A stretch of DNA of 64,000 nt from Methylophilaceae bacterium (GTDB lineage Bacteria; Pseudomonadota; Gammaproteobacteria; Burkholderiales; Methylophilaceae). The notes under the pieces were generated by a model, which did no database searches, had not been told where the DNA came from, and saw only the letters and a list, made by a program, of their open reading frames with translations. Position numbers and translations under genes: made by a program. Location: contig JACMMS010000011.1 of assembly GCA_014378915.1 (NCBI GenBank), positions 4,431 to 68,430 of the forward strand. The letters are read 5' to 3'. Below are positions 32,746 through 44,407 of this stretch, piece after piece; position 1 is the stretch's first letter, and the number at the start of each line of letters is the position of its first letter.

Positions 32746-33609
32746 CTAATTCCACAAAGCTGGCTTATCCTTCATCTCTTCAACCTTCACTTTAGGCGTG
32801 TTAGCCGCTGCGGTTTTTAAATCATCCGTTAAATGTGGGCTTAATGCTTGTAGCATTTGTGAAAATATTTTAGGGTTAGCCGCCACTATATTGCCAGTTT
32901 TTAGCCAACTTTCATTGCCTTCAAAATCACCAACCATACCACCCGCCTCTTGCACAATTAAACCACCTGCGGCGATATCCCATGCAGATAAATCAATTTC
33001 CCAAAAACCATCTGTCCAACCAGCGGCTACATAAGCCAAATCAAGTGCTGCAGAACCTGGACGACGAATACCTGTGGTTTTTTTAATCATATCCTTAAAC
33101 ATAGCGAGGTAAGTATCAAGGTGCTTAAAATCACGAAATGGAAAACCCGTAGATACCAAACACTCTTGCAATTTATTGCGATTACCCACGCGAATACGTT
33201 TATCATTTAAAAACGCACCTCGACCTTTAGTTGCTGTAAATAAATCATTACGTACCGGGTCGTAAATCACGGCTTGTGTCAACACACCTTTTTGCTGTAA
33301 AGCAATAGAAACACAATATTGCGGAAAATTATGCAAGAAATTAGTGGTGCCATCTAATGGATCAATAATCCAAATATTCTCGGCCGTGCTATTGGTATCT
33401 CCAGATTCTTCACCTAAAAACCCATGGTCCGGATAAGCTTCTTTAAGCGTTTCGATAATTATATTTTCTGCTGCACGATCAACTTCCGTGACAAAATCAT
33501 TATAGGTTTTGGTTTGAATTTTAAGTGTGCCTAAATCTCTAGAGGCAAAATTAATAATATCGCCAGCAAGGCGAGCGGCCTTAACGGCATTGATGAGCAT
33601 GGGATGCAT
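32746..33609 (-). CDS. suhB: Inositol monophosphatase family protein (SuhB)
   Basis: [16 protein letters not shown] and WDIAAG motifs. Divergent from trmJ as in E. coli. Confidence 0.9.
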   Translation of the reverse strand: MHPMLINAVKAARLAGDIINFASRDLGTLKIQTKTYNDFVTEVDRAAENIIIETLKEAYPDHGFLGEESGDTNSTAENIWIIDPLDGTTNFLHNFPQYCVSIALQQKGVLTQAVIYDPVRNDLFTATKGRGAFLNDKRIRVGNRNKLQECLVSTGFPFRDFKHLDTYLAMFKDMIKKTTGIRRPGSAALDLAYVAAGWTDGFWEIDLSAWDIAAGGLIVQEAGGMVGDFEGNESWLKTGNIVAANPKIFSQMLQALSPHLTDDLKTAAANTPKVKVEEMKDKPALWN

Positions 33610-33686
33610 ACGGGATTTTCGCGATATAACTGATAAAATACCATTTTAGCTTTTTTCATCCGCTTTACCAACAAAGACATCAAAAA

Positions 33687-34466
33687 TTGACGACAAACAC
33701 ATCAGTAGAAGCATTAAATCTTTGCAACATTCGCGATAACGTGCGCATCATACTCTGCCAGACAAGCCACCCAGGTAATATAGGCTCTGCTGCACGCGCC
33801 ATGAAAACAATGGGACTACAGCATTTATATTTAGTACAACCGTACAGCTTTCCTGATGCTCACGCCACCGCGCTATCAACAGGTGCAGCTAATTTGTTAG
33901 AAAGTGCAACAGTTTGCAATAGCCTAACTGAGGCACTAACTGGCTGTGCTTTTGCGATAGGATTAAGCGCGCGTAAACGCAATATTTCGCATGAAATTGT
34001 AAACGTTCGCTCCGCAGCAACCGAAGCATTGACGATTGCGGCCAATCAGCCAATCGCCTTTGTATTTGGCACAGAAATGAGCGGCCTAAGTAATGCAGAG
34101 TTAGATTGCTGCCAAATGATAGCCATGATTCCAGCAAATCCTGATTATTCATCACTCAACCTATCAGCCGCAGTACAAGTAGTGTGTTACGAACTGCGCA
34201 TGGCAGCGTTAGGCGACCAAGCAAATGACACTATAAAACCTAATCAAACCAATGAGCTGGCAACAAATGAGGCGATTGAAGGTTTTTATGCGCATTTAGA
34301 AGAAACCTTGCTGAATATAGGCTACTTAAATCCTGTAGCGCCTAAAAAACTAATGGGAAGAATGCGTAGGCTTTATGCGCGCGTACGCTTGGAAAAAGAA
34401 GAGGTAAACTTATTACGTGGGATTTTAACGTTGACTAAAACACCAAAAAAACATGATAAATATTAG
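33687..34466 (+). CDS. trmJ: tRNA (cytidine/uridine-2'-O)-methyltransferase TrmJ (SpoU class)
   Basis: IRIILCQTSHPGNIGSAARAMKTMG and FVFGTEMSGL motifs. TTG start in the ORF track. Confidence 0.85.
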   Translation: MTTNTSVEALNLCNIRDNVRIILCQTSHPGNIGSAARAMKTMGLQHLYLVQPYSFPDAHATALSTGAANLLESATVCNSLTEALTGCAFAIGLSARKRNISHEIVNVRSAATEALTIAANQPIAFVFGTEMSGLSNAELDCCQMIAMIPANPDYSSLNLSAAVQVVCYELRMAALGDQANDTIKPNQTNELATNEAIEGFYAHLEETLLNIGYLNPVAPKKLMGRMRRLYARVRLEKEEVNLLRGILTLTKTPKKHDKY

Positions 34467-34491
34467 TAGGTTTAACGTTAAATTAGTTGCA

Positions 34492-35244
34492 CTACTCAAT
34501 CAAGCTTCTTACAAAGTCTAAATCTTCCTGAGTATCCACGCCAGTTGCTGGCGCATTTTCAGTCACTAGCATGCTAATTTTATAGCCATGATAAAGCACG
34601 CGCAGTTGCTCTAAACTTTCTGTTTTTTCAATAGCCGGGGCATGTAAGCTGGCATAACTTTTTAAGAAACCAACTCTATGGGCATAAATGCCAATGTGAC
34701 GATATGCTTTCTCATTACTTGCTAATGACAAACCTCCCGAGAAGGCATCACGTGGATAGGGAATAAGTGCACGACTGAAATAAAGGGCATGGTGATTAAT
34801 ATCCAGCACCACTTTCACCACGTTAGGATTAATGAAGGCAATTTGATCATGAATGGCATGGCAAGCACTAGACATCACAGCACTTACATTTTCTCTTAAA
34901 TTCTCAGCGACTTGCGCAATTAAAGCCGGCTCAATTAATGGCTCGTCTCCTTGCACATTCACAACAATTTCACCATCATCCCAGCCTAGTTTTAACGCAA
35001 CTTCAGCAATACGATCTGTACCTGATGCATGATCTTGGCGTGTCATAATTGCCTTAAAACCATGCGCCTCAACAGCTTGTAAAATCTCATTATTATCAGT
35101 GGCTATGACAATTTCTTGAGCGCCACTTTTAGCAGCTTGCTGCGCAACGCGAACCACCATAGGCAAACCATTTATATCAAGTAATGGCTTAGCGGGTAGC
35201 CGCGTACTAGCATAGCGAGCGGGAATTACAACTTTAAAACTCAT
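34492..35244 (-). CDS. kdsB: 3-deoxy-manno-octulosonate cytidylyltransferase
   Basis: VVIPARYASTRLPAKPL and NVQGDEPLI motifs. Confidence 0.95.
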   Translation of the reverse strand: MSFKVVIPARYASTRLPAKPLLDINGLPMVVRVAQQAAKSGAQEIVIATDNNEILQAVEAHGFKAIMTRQDHASGTDRIAEVALKLGWDDGEIVVNVQGDEPLIEPALIAQVAENLRENVSAVMSSACHAIHDQIAFINPNVVKVVLDINHHALYFSRALIPYPRDAFSGGLSLASNEKAYRHIGIYAHRVGFLKSYASLHAPAIEKTESLEQLRVLYHGYKISMLVTENAPATGVDTQEDLDFVRSLIE

Positions 35245-35263
35245 CGTATTATTCGACCCTAGG

Positions 35264-35449
35264 CTATGCCGCAGCTAACTCTTCTTCACTGAGTTTACGC
35301 GCCTCAACCTCTAGCATCACTGGAATGCCATCACGAACAGGATAAGCCAAGCAGGCTGACTTTGAAATAAGCTCATTGGCCACCTTATTATAAATTAACG
35401 GACCTTTGGTCACTGGACAAACTAAAATCTGGAGTAATTTTGCGTTCAT
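35264..35449 (-). CDS. ycaR: Trm112/YcaR (UPF0434) family small protein
   Basis: 61 aa. [14 protein letters not shown] ... [11 protein letters not shown]. Canonical position between lpxK and kdsB. Confidence 0.85.
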   Translation of the reverse strand: MNAKLLQILVCPVTKGPLIYNKVANELISKSACLAYPVRDGIPVMLEVEARKLSEEELAAA

Positions 35450-35495
35450 TATGTGCTTTCAATTAAATATTGGATGAAATTTAATATAGCCACCC

Positions 35496-36563
35496 TTAGA
35501 CTATGCGTGTATTGAGTTTAGTTAAAATTTTAGTTATAAATTCTGTGCTTTTTGGTAACTCAGCAGAAATTGGTAAATACCACATTCTACTATTTGCAAA
35601 GTGCTGACATTTTACGGCATCTTTTTCGGTCATGACTATAATATCATCTGCAAGACTTGCTGAGTTACAGTTAAAGTCAGCTGAAACAAATTGATGATGG
35701 TCAGGAAAAGCCTGACTTTTAAACTGTAAGCCCATGGCCGTCAGCTGTTTAAAAAATCGCTGTGGATTACCAATACCTGCCACAGCTGATATGGCGAGTT
35801 GATTCATTTCAGCTTTACGGCTTAACTCCGCAACTGTCATCACTACTTGATTATTATGCAAATTGACTAAGTATTGCGCTTGTAAATTCATCACAAATGC
35901 GTTGTGCAACTCATTTAAACTCTGTGGACTGTCACCATTCAGGACAATGGCATCAACCAGAGACAAGCGCTTTAATGACTCACGTAAGGGGCCCGCAGGC
36001 AATAGGTGTGAATTACCAAATAAACGCTGACTATCCACTACAGCAACCTCGACATCACGTTTTAATTGCATATGTTGCAATCCATCATCACTAATAATAA
36101 TATTGCATTGTGGGTACATCTTAAGCAAAGCTTGGCCAGCCACCACACGATTTTTGCCAACAAAAACAGGGCATTGCGAATGCCGTGCAATCAACAGGGG
36201 TTCATCACCAAACGCTTGCGGTTTACTAATATTAAACACTTCGCCCTGCTGACTGCCACCAAAACCCCGGCTAATAATACCTGGTTTGTAGCCAGCTAAT
36301 TCAAGCTGCTTTGTTAACCAAATCACTAGAGGCGTTTTGCCTGTGCCTCCAACGTTGATATTGCCAACCACAATAACTGGCACAGCAAGCTTGTAAGACT
36401 TTAAAAGACCAAGTTGATATAGCTTACGTTTAATACCACTGAGTAACGCAAAAATAAACGTTAATGGAAGTAAAACCGCCTGCGCAAAATAGTAACTCGT
36501 GCCAGGTTTTGCGCTGTACCAATGATGATTAAAAAAACCTTCCAATTTAGCGCGGTAACTCAT
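35496..36563 (-). CDS. lpxK: Tetraacyldisaccharide 4'-kinase
   Basis: VVGNINVGGTGKTP P-loop and ISRGFGG motif. Confidence 0.92.
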   Translation of the reverse strand: MSYRAKLEGFFNHHWYSAKPGTSYYFAQAVLLPLTFIFALLSGIKRKLYQLGLLKSYKLAVPVIVVGNINVGGTGKTPLVIWLTKQLELAGYKPGIISRGFGGSQQGEVFNISKPQAFGDEPLLIARHSQCPVFVGKNRVVAGQALLKMYPQCNIIISDDGLQHMQLKRDVEVAVVDSQRLFGNSHLLPAGPLRESLKRLSLVDAIVLNGDSPQSLNELHNAFVMNLQAQYLVNLHNNQVVMTVAELSRKAEMNQLAISAVAGIGNPQRFFKQLTAMGLQFKSQAFPDHHQFVSADFNCNSASLADDIIVMTEKDAVKCQHFANSRMWYLPISAELPKSTEFITKILTKLNTRIV

Positions 36564-36593
36564 TTTTTTTATAAAATAAGGTTAAATGAATAG

Positions 36594-38351
36594 CTAAACA
36601 TCAAACTGTTTTTGGTAGAGCTTGGCATATTGCCCATTTTTTGCAATTAATTCGACATGATTGCCAGATTCTACAATCTCACCGTGCTCCATCACTAGAA
36701 TACGGTCGGCATTTTCAATGGTGGATAATCTATGTGCAATAACGATGGTGGTGCGGTTTAACATCAATGTATCAAGTGCAGCTTGCACATGCTGTTCAGA
36801 TTCTGTATCTAAGGCAGATGTGGCTTCATCCAACAATAAAATGGGAGCATTTTTTAAAATCGCACGGGCAATAGCGATACGTTGTTTTTGTCCACCCGAC
36901 AAGCGCACGCCGCGGTCACCTATTTCATTTTGCAGGCCTAATGGTAATTGCTGAATAAAATCCCAAGCATGAGCCGCTTTGGCAGCGTTAATCACATCTT
37001 GCTCACTCGCATTGCGCAAGACACCATAAGCGATATTATTAAAGACAGTATCATTAAATAAGATCACATCTTGGCTAACTAATGAAAATTGCTGACGCAA
37101 ATTTTTGAGTTCAAATGCACGAATATCTTCCCCATCTAACAGCACTAGTCCTTGCTGAAGTTCATAAAACCGTGGAAGCAAATTAACTAATGTGGTTTTT
37201 CCTCCGCCAGAGCGTCCAACAAGCGCGAGTTTTTCACCTGGTTTAATACTAAAGCTCAAACTATTAAGCGCAGGGCGTTTAGCGTTATCGTATTGCAAAC
37301 TGACTTGCTTAAATTCTATTTCACCCCTTGCGCGTTGGATAATCACTTTCCCCTCATCCACTTCGGTGGGCGTATCCATTATCTCAAATACGCTATGTGC
37401 CGCAGTAATAGCTAATTGTAAATCTTCATTCACTCCTGTTAAATTTTTAATGGGTGAAATTAACATCAGCAAAGCGCCTATAAATGCAGCAAACTCACCC
37501 GCACTAAAACGGCCTACGGCATAGTAAACAACCAAACCTAAAGCAATTGCCGCTAGTATCTCCACCACCATGCCGTTGAGCCCAGAGATACGGCCCAATC
37601 GAATTTGCATTTGGCGATTTTCACTCGCTACTTTTGCAAATCGATGATATTCGTAATCACCAGCACCAAAAATTTTGACGATACGCTGACCAGAAATAGC
37701 CTCTTCGGCAGCTTTAGTCATTTCACCAACCGATTGCTGTACATACTTACCACTAGCACGCAGCTTAGGTGTCATTTTTCTTAAGTACAGCACCATGAGC
37801 GGCGCTATCAGTGCAAAAATCAAAGTCAAATGCCAATCTACATACGACATATACCCAACAATACCGAGGATAGTAAAGCTATCTCGCACCACGGTTAATA
37901 TGACATTGGTACAGGCGCGAGACATCTGTTCTGTATCGTAGGTGAGTTTAGAAACGAGAATTCCTGCTGAATTAGCATCAAAAAAACTCACTGGCAACTG
38001 CATTAATCGTTTGAACGCATCGTGCCGAAACGCCTCTACGACACTGCGCCCGACCCAGCGCATTGAATAATTGGAGATAAACCCTGATATGGCTCTAAGC
38101 GCCATTAAGCCAAATAGCATAAATGGCAAATATTTGATTTTATCAGGCGATTGTTTAACAAAACCCTCATCCGTCACCTTTTTGATCGTGGCAAGGAAAC
38201 CTGTATTAGTCGCGGATAAAATAATTAAAAAGATGATACCAACAGCAAAGATACCTTTAAAACGCCACACGTATTTTAATAGACGAAAGTATAAAAGTTT
38301 TGTATTAGACATAGGCAATTTTGCCGTTTTATAGCGGTGTAATTTCGACAT
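36594..38351 (-). CDS. msbA: Lipid A export ABC transporter permease/ATPase MsbA
   Basis: 585 aa. Six N-terminal TM segments, GRSGGGKTT, LSGGQKQR and LLLDEATSALD. Confidence 0.9.
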   Translation of the reverse strand: MSKLHRYKTAKLPMSNTKLLYFRLLKYVWRFKGIFAVGIIFLIILSATNTGFLATIKKVTDEGFVKQSPDKIKYLPFMLFGLMALRAISGFISNYSMRWVGRSVVEAFRHDAFKRLMQLPVSFFDANSAGILVSKLTYDTEQMSRACTNVILTVVRDSFTILGIVGYMSYVDWHLTLIFALIAPLMVLYLRKMTPKLRASGKYVQQSVGEMTKAAEEAISGQRIVKIFGAGDYEYHRFAKVASENRQMQIRLGRISGLNGMVVEILAAIALGLVVYYAVGRFSAGEFAAFIGALLMLISPIKNLTGVNEDLQLAITAAHSVFEIMDTPTEVDEGKVIIQRARGEIEFKQVSLQYDNAKRPALNSLSFSIKPGEKLALVGRSGGGKTTLVNLLPRFYELQQGLVLLDGEDIRAFELKNLRQQFSLVSQDVILFNDTVFNNIAYGVLRNASEQDVINAAKAAHAWDFIQQLPLGLQNEIGDRGVRLSGGQKQRIAIARAILKNAPILLLDEATSALDTESEQHVQAALDTLMLNRTTIVIAHRLSTIENADRILVMEHGEIVESGNHVELIAKNGQYAKLYQKQFDV

Positions 38352-38476
38352 AAAGTTTGTCGATTATTCACAATTAAACAAGACAGTTGACTTTAGATAT
38401 ATGGACAATGGCATAGTGTTAAAAATAATAGCGCTCAAAATATTTGTACTATGTCAAAAAATAAGAAGCTATTAAG

Positions 38477-38899
38477 TTATGAACCTGCATTAATCTGTGT
38501 AGCAAATGTAATATGCGTGTAGTTAACGACTCTGGCCGCCTCCATGACATTAATGACTGATTGATGTGTTGTTTTAGCATCTGCATTAATCACAATCGTC
38601 GGCTCTTTACCGCTACCAGCAGCAGCGGTCAAAGCAGCTGCAATATTGGCGACTGTGGCAGACGATGGTGCTTTACCATTCACCAAATAATTGCCGCTCG
38701 CATCCACATCAACAGTAATGACTAACGGTTTATTATCTGGCGTATTCGCTTCTGCCGTTGGCAAATTAATTTGCAACTCACTCACATGAGAAAACGTGGC
38801 ACTCACCACCAAAAAGATAATAATCACTAGCAAAACATCAATCAGTGGCACTAAGTTCATCTCGAACTCTTCATGCTTTCTACCACGTTGGAAATTCAT
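38477..38899 (-). CDS. exbD: ExbD/TolR family biopolymer transport protein
   Basis: 140 aa. NLVPLIDVLLVIIIFL TM segment and a periplasmic domain. Confidence 0.85.
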   Translation of the reverse strand: MNFQRGRKHEEFEMNLVPLIDVLLVIIIFLVVSATFSHVSELQINLPTAEANTPDNKPLVITVDVDASGNYLVNGKAPSSATVANIAAALTAAAGSGKEPTIVINADAKTTHQSVINVMEAARVVNYTHITFATQINAGS

Positions 38900-39024
38900 T
38901 TTATATTGTTCCTTAACCTAATAAATTTTGAATATTAAGTTTGAGCTGTCAATTTAATATTTATTTGAAGACCGCATAGTAAATACAGCAAAAATAAAAA
39001 CAATGCTGAGACTATTACACACAT

Positions 39025-39630
39025 TTACTTTCTTTCGCCGTGGATAATCTCGACTAATTTAATCGCTTGTTGCTCCATATCTACGATTAAGTCATCTACT
39101 TTACTGCGGAAATAACGATAAAAAATCATCGCAGGTACTGCCACAACAATACCTGCTGCAGTGTTATAAAGTGCAACTGAAATACCGCGCGCAAACTGTG
39201 CAACATCATGACCGCTATTAGTGAATGAGCCGAACAACTCTACCATACCAATAACAGTACCTAGCAACCCTAGCAAAGGCGCAACCGTCGCTATTGTACC
39301 TAATGTTGGTAAATACTTTTCCAGCTTATGCACGACAGCACGGCCAGTTTCTTCTATAGATTCTTTTGTAATTTCACGTGAGTTTTTTGCATTGGCTAAT
39401 GCGCTTGCGAAAAGCTCTCCCAACAAGGAGTGATTTTGTAAACGTGTGATCGTTTCCTTAGTGATGCCGCCTTGATTTAACCATTTTTGCACTTCTGGTA
39501 ACAAACCACTTGGTGCCACCACTTCTGAGCGTAATGCCCAAAAACGCTCACCAATAATGGCTAATGCGATAATTGAAGCAAAAATCAACGGCCAAATTGG
39601 CAAACCAGCGGCTTGAATAATTTCCCACAC
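39025..39630 (-). CDS. exbB: MotA/TolQ/ExbB family proton-channel protein
   Basis: 201 aa with three TM segments. LGLLGTVIGM and ALYNTAAG motifs. Confidence 0.85.
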   Translation of the reverse strand: MWEIIQAAGLPIWPLIFASIIALAIIGERFWALRSEVVAPSGLLPEVQKWLNQGGITKETITRLQNHSLLGELFASALANAKNSREITKESIEETGRAVVHKLEKYLPTLGTIATVAPLLGLLGTVIGMVELFGSFTNSGHDVAQFARGISVALYNTAAGIVVAVPAMIFYRYFRSKVDDLIVDMEQQAIKLVEIIHGERK

Positions 39631-39804
39631 GAGACAACTCCTTAAATTAAAAAACTACCGTTACTTTAGCGTCTAGCGGACTTTTGGGCAAGTTGCCTTT
39701 ACACATTATTACGATTGCACACTATATCTAACTTTTATTAAAAATATCCCACTAAGAATTATGGACATTTACTCACTTACTTCATCATCGTGCCAATATC
39801 GATG

Positions 39805-42211
39805 TCAAATTTTACGGTACTGCATGATTTGAATTTTCTCAACATTATTTTGAGTGGTTGCAGCGAAATTTATAGTCACCGCGCCCGAAGTATCTGAGCG
39901 CAGTATCTCACTCAAATTAGCTTGGTATCTTGAAAGCACGTCAGGTTTAGGATGTTTAAAACGATTGTGATAGCCAGCCGTAAAGATGGTAGTGTTAGGG
40001 TTAACTGATTCTATAAAAGCGGGTGTAGATGAGGTTTTACTGCCGTGATGTGATGCCACCAAAACATCGCTATCTAAGTTATCAGCATTGGTTTGCAATA
40101 GAGTAAACTCTGCCTCTTTTTCAATATCTCCAGTGAATAACATTGAGCTAACACCTTAAGCAAACAGCAGCGATTATTATCAGCTAAATCTGTGTTGTAA
40201 CTTGCTATGCTTGTGTATAAAACATCTAAGGCAACGCCATCCCAAATCCATCTTTGGCCAGCATAACAGGGCATCAGATTTACTGGCTTGCTATCAATAG
40301 CTGTGCCCAGTTTGGTATAAGCTAGAATGCAGCTATCAAGCCATTTAATTGGAATTTGAGCTAATAGCGAATTTAGACCTCCACTATGGTCTAAATCGTT
40401 ATGGCCTAACATGATCCCATATAGATTTGTGAACCCTTCGCCACGTAAAAACAGCACGACAATACGGCTACCACTATCGCTTTGCGCAGAGTATTTAGGG
40501 CCTGTATCGTAAAGTAAGCTATGATTCTTTGTTTGAATGATTGCTGCTAACCCTTGCCCGACATGTAAAACTGTCACTCGAATAGCCCCTGTCTGCGGAT
40601 GCTCAGGCTGACTTACCAGCATTGGGATAAATAAAATTAAACCAAGCCAACGCAAGGCTATACCTTTAGGCAAGAGCAACCAAAAGGTGCCAATAATACT
40701 GAGTACAATCGCCCACAGTGGTGGCGCAGCCTGTTGCCAAGTCGCATGAGTTAGTGATGCTAGCCATTGCAAAATCATCATACAAAATGCAAAAACATGG
40801 TGCGCTAGTTCTAATACCAATCAACAGGCAAAAAACTACCTAGCAAAGCAAGTGGAACGACAACAATACAAATCAACGGAATAGCGATAGCATTAGCAAC
40901 AGGTGAAATTAATGAGGTTTGACTAAACATTAATATAAGCACTGGTACTAAACCAATAGTCACTGCCCACTGTGTTTTAATATTAGCAAGCAGCCAATGT
41001 GATTGACTTATTTACCGCTTAACGCATAAGCAATCACATCTACTGCAGCAAAAGATAACCAAAACCCTGGTGCGTTAACTGACCATGGGTCAAATAAAAC
41101 CACCACTGCTAGCGCAATCGATAAAACTCTCGCAATACTAATGCGACGCCACTCCAAAGTGCCACAGCAAATATCGCCAGCATATATAAAGTGCTTGGGT
41201 AGGAATAGAAAAACCAGCAGTAAGTGTGTATGCACAAGGGGCAAATAATCCAGCAAGTGTGGTGGCTTTTCTGGCAGGTAGCTTTAGAGAAAAAAACTCA
41301 CTTTTACGCCAAAAAAAAGACATAGCACCAAATGCCAGCCCAGCCAATATGGTGATATGTAAGCTTGAGATACTCATGAAGTGGCTTACCCCTGTACGCA
41401 AATATACCAACCAATTATTTGCACTAATCGCGCTATCATCACCCGCCAATAAACCGCTTATTTCTGCAGAATAGGCTTTGTCACCCAGCATAATATTAAT
41501 GCGATTTACAGTTTTTTCACGTAAACTTTCCACTACATAACGTGGTTTTCAGAAAAAATTCTGTAATAATTTATTTCCGCTGTTAGCTTTAACCGTGCCT
41601 GTAACCCTCATATTGTCGCTGATTGCCCAAGCTTCAAAATCAAAACCATGTGGATTATAAGTACCATGCGGACGTTTAAGTTTGACGCTAAGTTGCCAGC
41701 GCTGACCAGCATGAAAATGTTGATTGAGCAATACGAGTGGTTTTGGCAATGCAGGGTAAGAAAATCCCGCCTGATAATCCATGAGCGAAATATGCTGCGG
41801 TACATGTATGGGCTTAGCATCAGTAGCTAATGTGAGCGTTTTCTCCACGTCGAAATCAAAGCGATTGGCACGCTCAGTACGCACTGGCAAACTAGATACA
41901 ACACAAACAATAGAGATTGGTTGTTGTTCGTTTTCATGCGCCAACGCGTCGCTTAAGCGTGTTATTGCAAAGCTGGCGGCGTATACAAAACCTAGGATTA
42001 AAGTAATGCAGAAAATTAAAAAGTGATGAGTGAGTTGAAGAATAAGCTTTAGCTTAGTGCGATCTCTATTACGCACTTGATTAGCAGCTAGCTGCTAATA
42101 CAATGACCGCAAAAGATTAACGCCAACAAACAGTCCATTAAAAAATAATAAACTAGGGACAAATTGCAGTAGCCAAACGCCACTAACAAACCCTAAACAA
42201 AACATGAGCAT
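39805..42211 (-). pseudogene. comEC: DNA internalization competence protein ComEC/Rec2, inactivated
   Basis: N-terminus MLMFCLGFVSGVWLLQ at 42211, with an in-frame stop about 35 codons in. Fragments lie in different frames: 41549-42076 (DUF4131-like), 41008-41533 (competence TM domain), 40074-40820 (MBL HNDLDHSGG) and 39805-40143 (HHGSKTSS). Confidence 0.85.
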
Positions 42212-42304
42212 ATGATGTAATTTACTGACTAAATAGCTATTGACGAAGATAAACTAAGTAGCTTAGCTACAACGACAAGCCAGTAAAAATAACTGCTTTA
42301 CCAA

Positions 42305-42997
42305 TCACGCAGTTTGCTGCAACACACCATCTTGCAGGCTATAGCGTCGCTGCAGCTTAGCGGCTAAAGCTAGATCGTGCGTCACTACAATTAAACTCAC
42401 CTTACCATGCGCTTCATCGTTCACTTTAAGCTCAAGCAATAAATCAAACAAGCTGTTGGCTGTGGTGCGGTCTAGATTGCCAGTTGGCTCATCAGCCAAA
42501 ATGCACTGCGGCTTGGTAACCAGCGCGCGCGCTACTGCCGCACGCTGACGCTCCCCCCCAGAAAGCTCGCCCGGCATATGCTCTAAACGGTGCCTCAATC
42601 CCACTTTAGTGAGCGCATCTGCGGCTTGCATCATGGCTAAATCTCGAGGCATACGACGAATCAGCAAAGGCATTGCAACATTTTCTAAAGCGGTAAACTC
42701 AGGCAAAAGATGATGGAATTGATAGACAAAGCCTAAAGACTCATTACGCAATTGACTTTTTTTAGCTTCGTTCAAGCCTGCTAAATTTTCACCTAAAATA
42801 CTTACATCACCAGCACTGGGGGTATCTAAACCACCTAACAAATGCATCAAAGTGCTTTTCCCAGAACCTGATGTACCGACTATCGCGACTTGTTCGCCTG
42901 CGTGAATAGCTAAATCAATACCGCCTAGCACTTTCACCTCTAGGCCTGAGTAAGTTTTTTGCAGATTTTTACAGCTGATTATTGGAAAGTTATTCAT
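42305..42997 (-). CDS. lolD: Lipoprotein-releasing system ATP-binding protein LolD
   Basis: [17 protein letters not shown] and the LolD-type sequence. Overlaps the lolC stop by 8 nt. Confidence 0.92.
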   Translation of the reverse strand: MNNFPIISCKNLQKTYSGLEVKVLGGIDLAIHAGEQVAIVGTSGSGKSTLMHLLGGLDTPSAGDVSILGENLAGLNEAKKSQLRNESLGFVYQFHHLLPEFTALENVAMPLLIRRMPRDLAMMQAADALTKVGLRHRLEHMPGELSGGERQRAAVARALVTKPQCILADEPTGNLDRTTANSLFDLLLELKVNDEAHGKVSLIVVTHDLALAAKLQRRYSLQDGVLQQTA

Positions 42998-44267
42998 ATC
43001 TAAGCGCCTCTGCTGGATTAATCTTGGCTGCTTTCCAGCTCGGGTAAATAGTGGCTAACAAGCTTAAAACAAAGGACATTACTACGATGGTCACTACATC
43101 AGCCCAAATCAATTTAGAAGGCAAATCACTGATGTAATAGACATCTTTAGATAAAAATTGTACATGGAATAGATTTTCTATAAATGGGATGATCACATCA
43201 ATATTAAGTGCGATAATGATGCCAATAACCGCGCCGACTACCGTGCCTATCACTCCAATTAACGCACCCTGAATCATAAAGATTTGCATAATACTGCGCG
43301 GGCTGGCGCCTAGTGTTCTCATAATGGCGATATCAGCACGCTTATCGGTAACTGCCATCACTAAAGTGGACACAATATTGAATGCAGCGACTGCAACAAT
43401 TAAGCCCAAAATAACAAACATCACACGCTTTTCCATTTGTACTGCACGAAAAAAATTAGCGTGTTGCTGAGTCCAGTCGGTGACAAAATAAGTACCTTCT
43501 GTACTCAGTGAAGAGGCTAATTGCTGCGATACTTGCGGCGCTAAAAATAAGTCATCCAACTTTAAGCGCACCCCGGAAACCTTATCGCCCATTCGGTACA
43601 ACTTGGCCGCATCACTCATATGAATGAGTGCTAAGCCAGCATCATACTCATACATACCAATTTGAAATAAACCAACCACTTTAAACTGCTTAATACGAGG
43701 CACCACGCCAGTAGGCGTAAATTGCCCTTGAGGAGCAAGTAAAACAACTTTATCACCGATACCCACACCCAAATTTGAAGCTAAGTCTGCACCTAATACT
43801 ATGCCAAATTCATCTGCACGCAAATCTGTCAACTTACCTGCTTTCATATGGCTGGCTAACTCAGCCACTTTGTCTTCTTCAAGTGGTAATACTCCACGAA
43901 CCAAAGCGCCTTGGACATTAGACCCATAAGACAACATGCCTTGTGCCATAATATATGGCGTAGCAGCTAGCACATGTGGCTTGGCTTTCACTGCATTAAT
44001 GACGCGTGGATAGTCGCTTAAGGTATTGCTAGCCTCGGTAATTTCTAGATGTGAAGCTACACCTAAAATACGGTTACGTAGTTCTTCTTGAAACCCATTC
44101 ATCACAGACAGCACAATAATTAAGGCGGCAACACCTAAGCCTATGCCTATCATGCTGGTCAGTGAAATAAACGAGATGAAATGATTTTTACGCTTAGCAC
44201 GGGTGTAGCGCAAGCCGATAAAAAGCTCAAACGGCAGTGATTTAAAAGGAAGTAATTTTGATAACAA
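42990..44267 (-). CDS. lolC: Lipoprotein-releasing system transmembrane protein, LolC/LolE family (only copy in the locus)
   Basis: 425 aa. [23 protein letters not shown] start, a large periplasmic loop and a C-terminal FtsX domain. Confidence 0.9.
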   Translation of the reverse strand: MLSKLLPFKSLPFELFIGLRYTRAKRKNHFISFISLTSMIGIGLGVAALIIVLSVMNGFQEELRNRILGVASHLEITEASNTLSDYPRVINAVKAKPHVLAATPYIMAQGMLSYGSNVQGALVRGVLPLEEDKVAELASHMKAGKLTDLRADEFGIVLGADLASNLGVGIGDKVVLLAPQGQFTPTGVVPRIKQFKVVGLFQIGMYEYDAGLALIHMSDAAKLYRMGDKVSGVRLKLDDLFLAPQVSQQLASSLSTEGTYFVTDWTQQHANFFRAVQMEKRVMFVILGLIVAVAAFNIVSTLVMAVTDKRADIAIMRTLGASPRSIMQIFMIQGALIGVIGTVVGAVIGIIIALNIDVIIPFIENLFHVQFLSKDVYYISDLPSKLIWADVVTIVVMSFVLSLLATIYPSWKAAKINPAEALRYE

Positions 44268-44407
44268 AACAAACCAACATTTTTAAAATTGTATACTCCG
44301 ATTTTAGCAGGCTTATTAACAATTATTATTGTCGGCAAGTGAATTACTCACAAATAGAAATTGCTCTCGATTTACGTTCACAGCACACGGTATCGCAAAC
44401 CACCAAA

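Noticed and set aside
34471-34482. Perfect 12-nt palindrome TTTAACGTTAAA between convergent trmJ and kdsB
   Set aside because: It is AT-rich with no loop and no flanking U-run structure typical of an intrinsic terminator. It may be coincidental in a 25-nt spacer.
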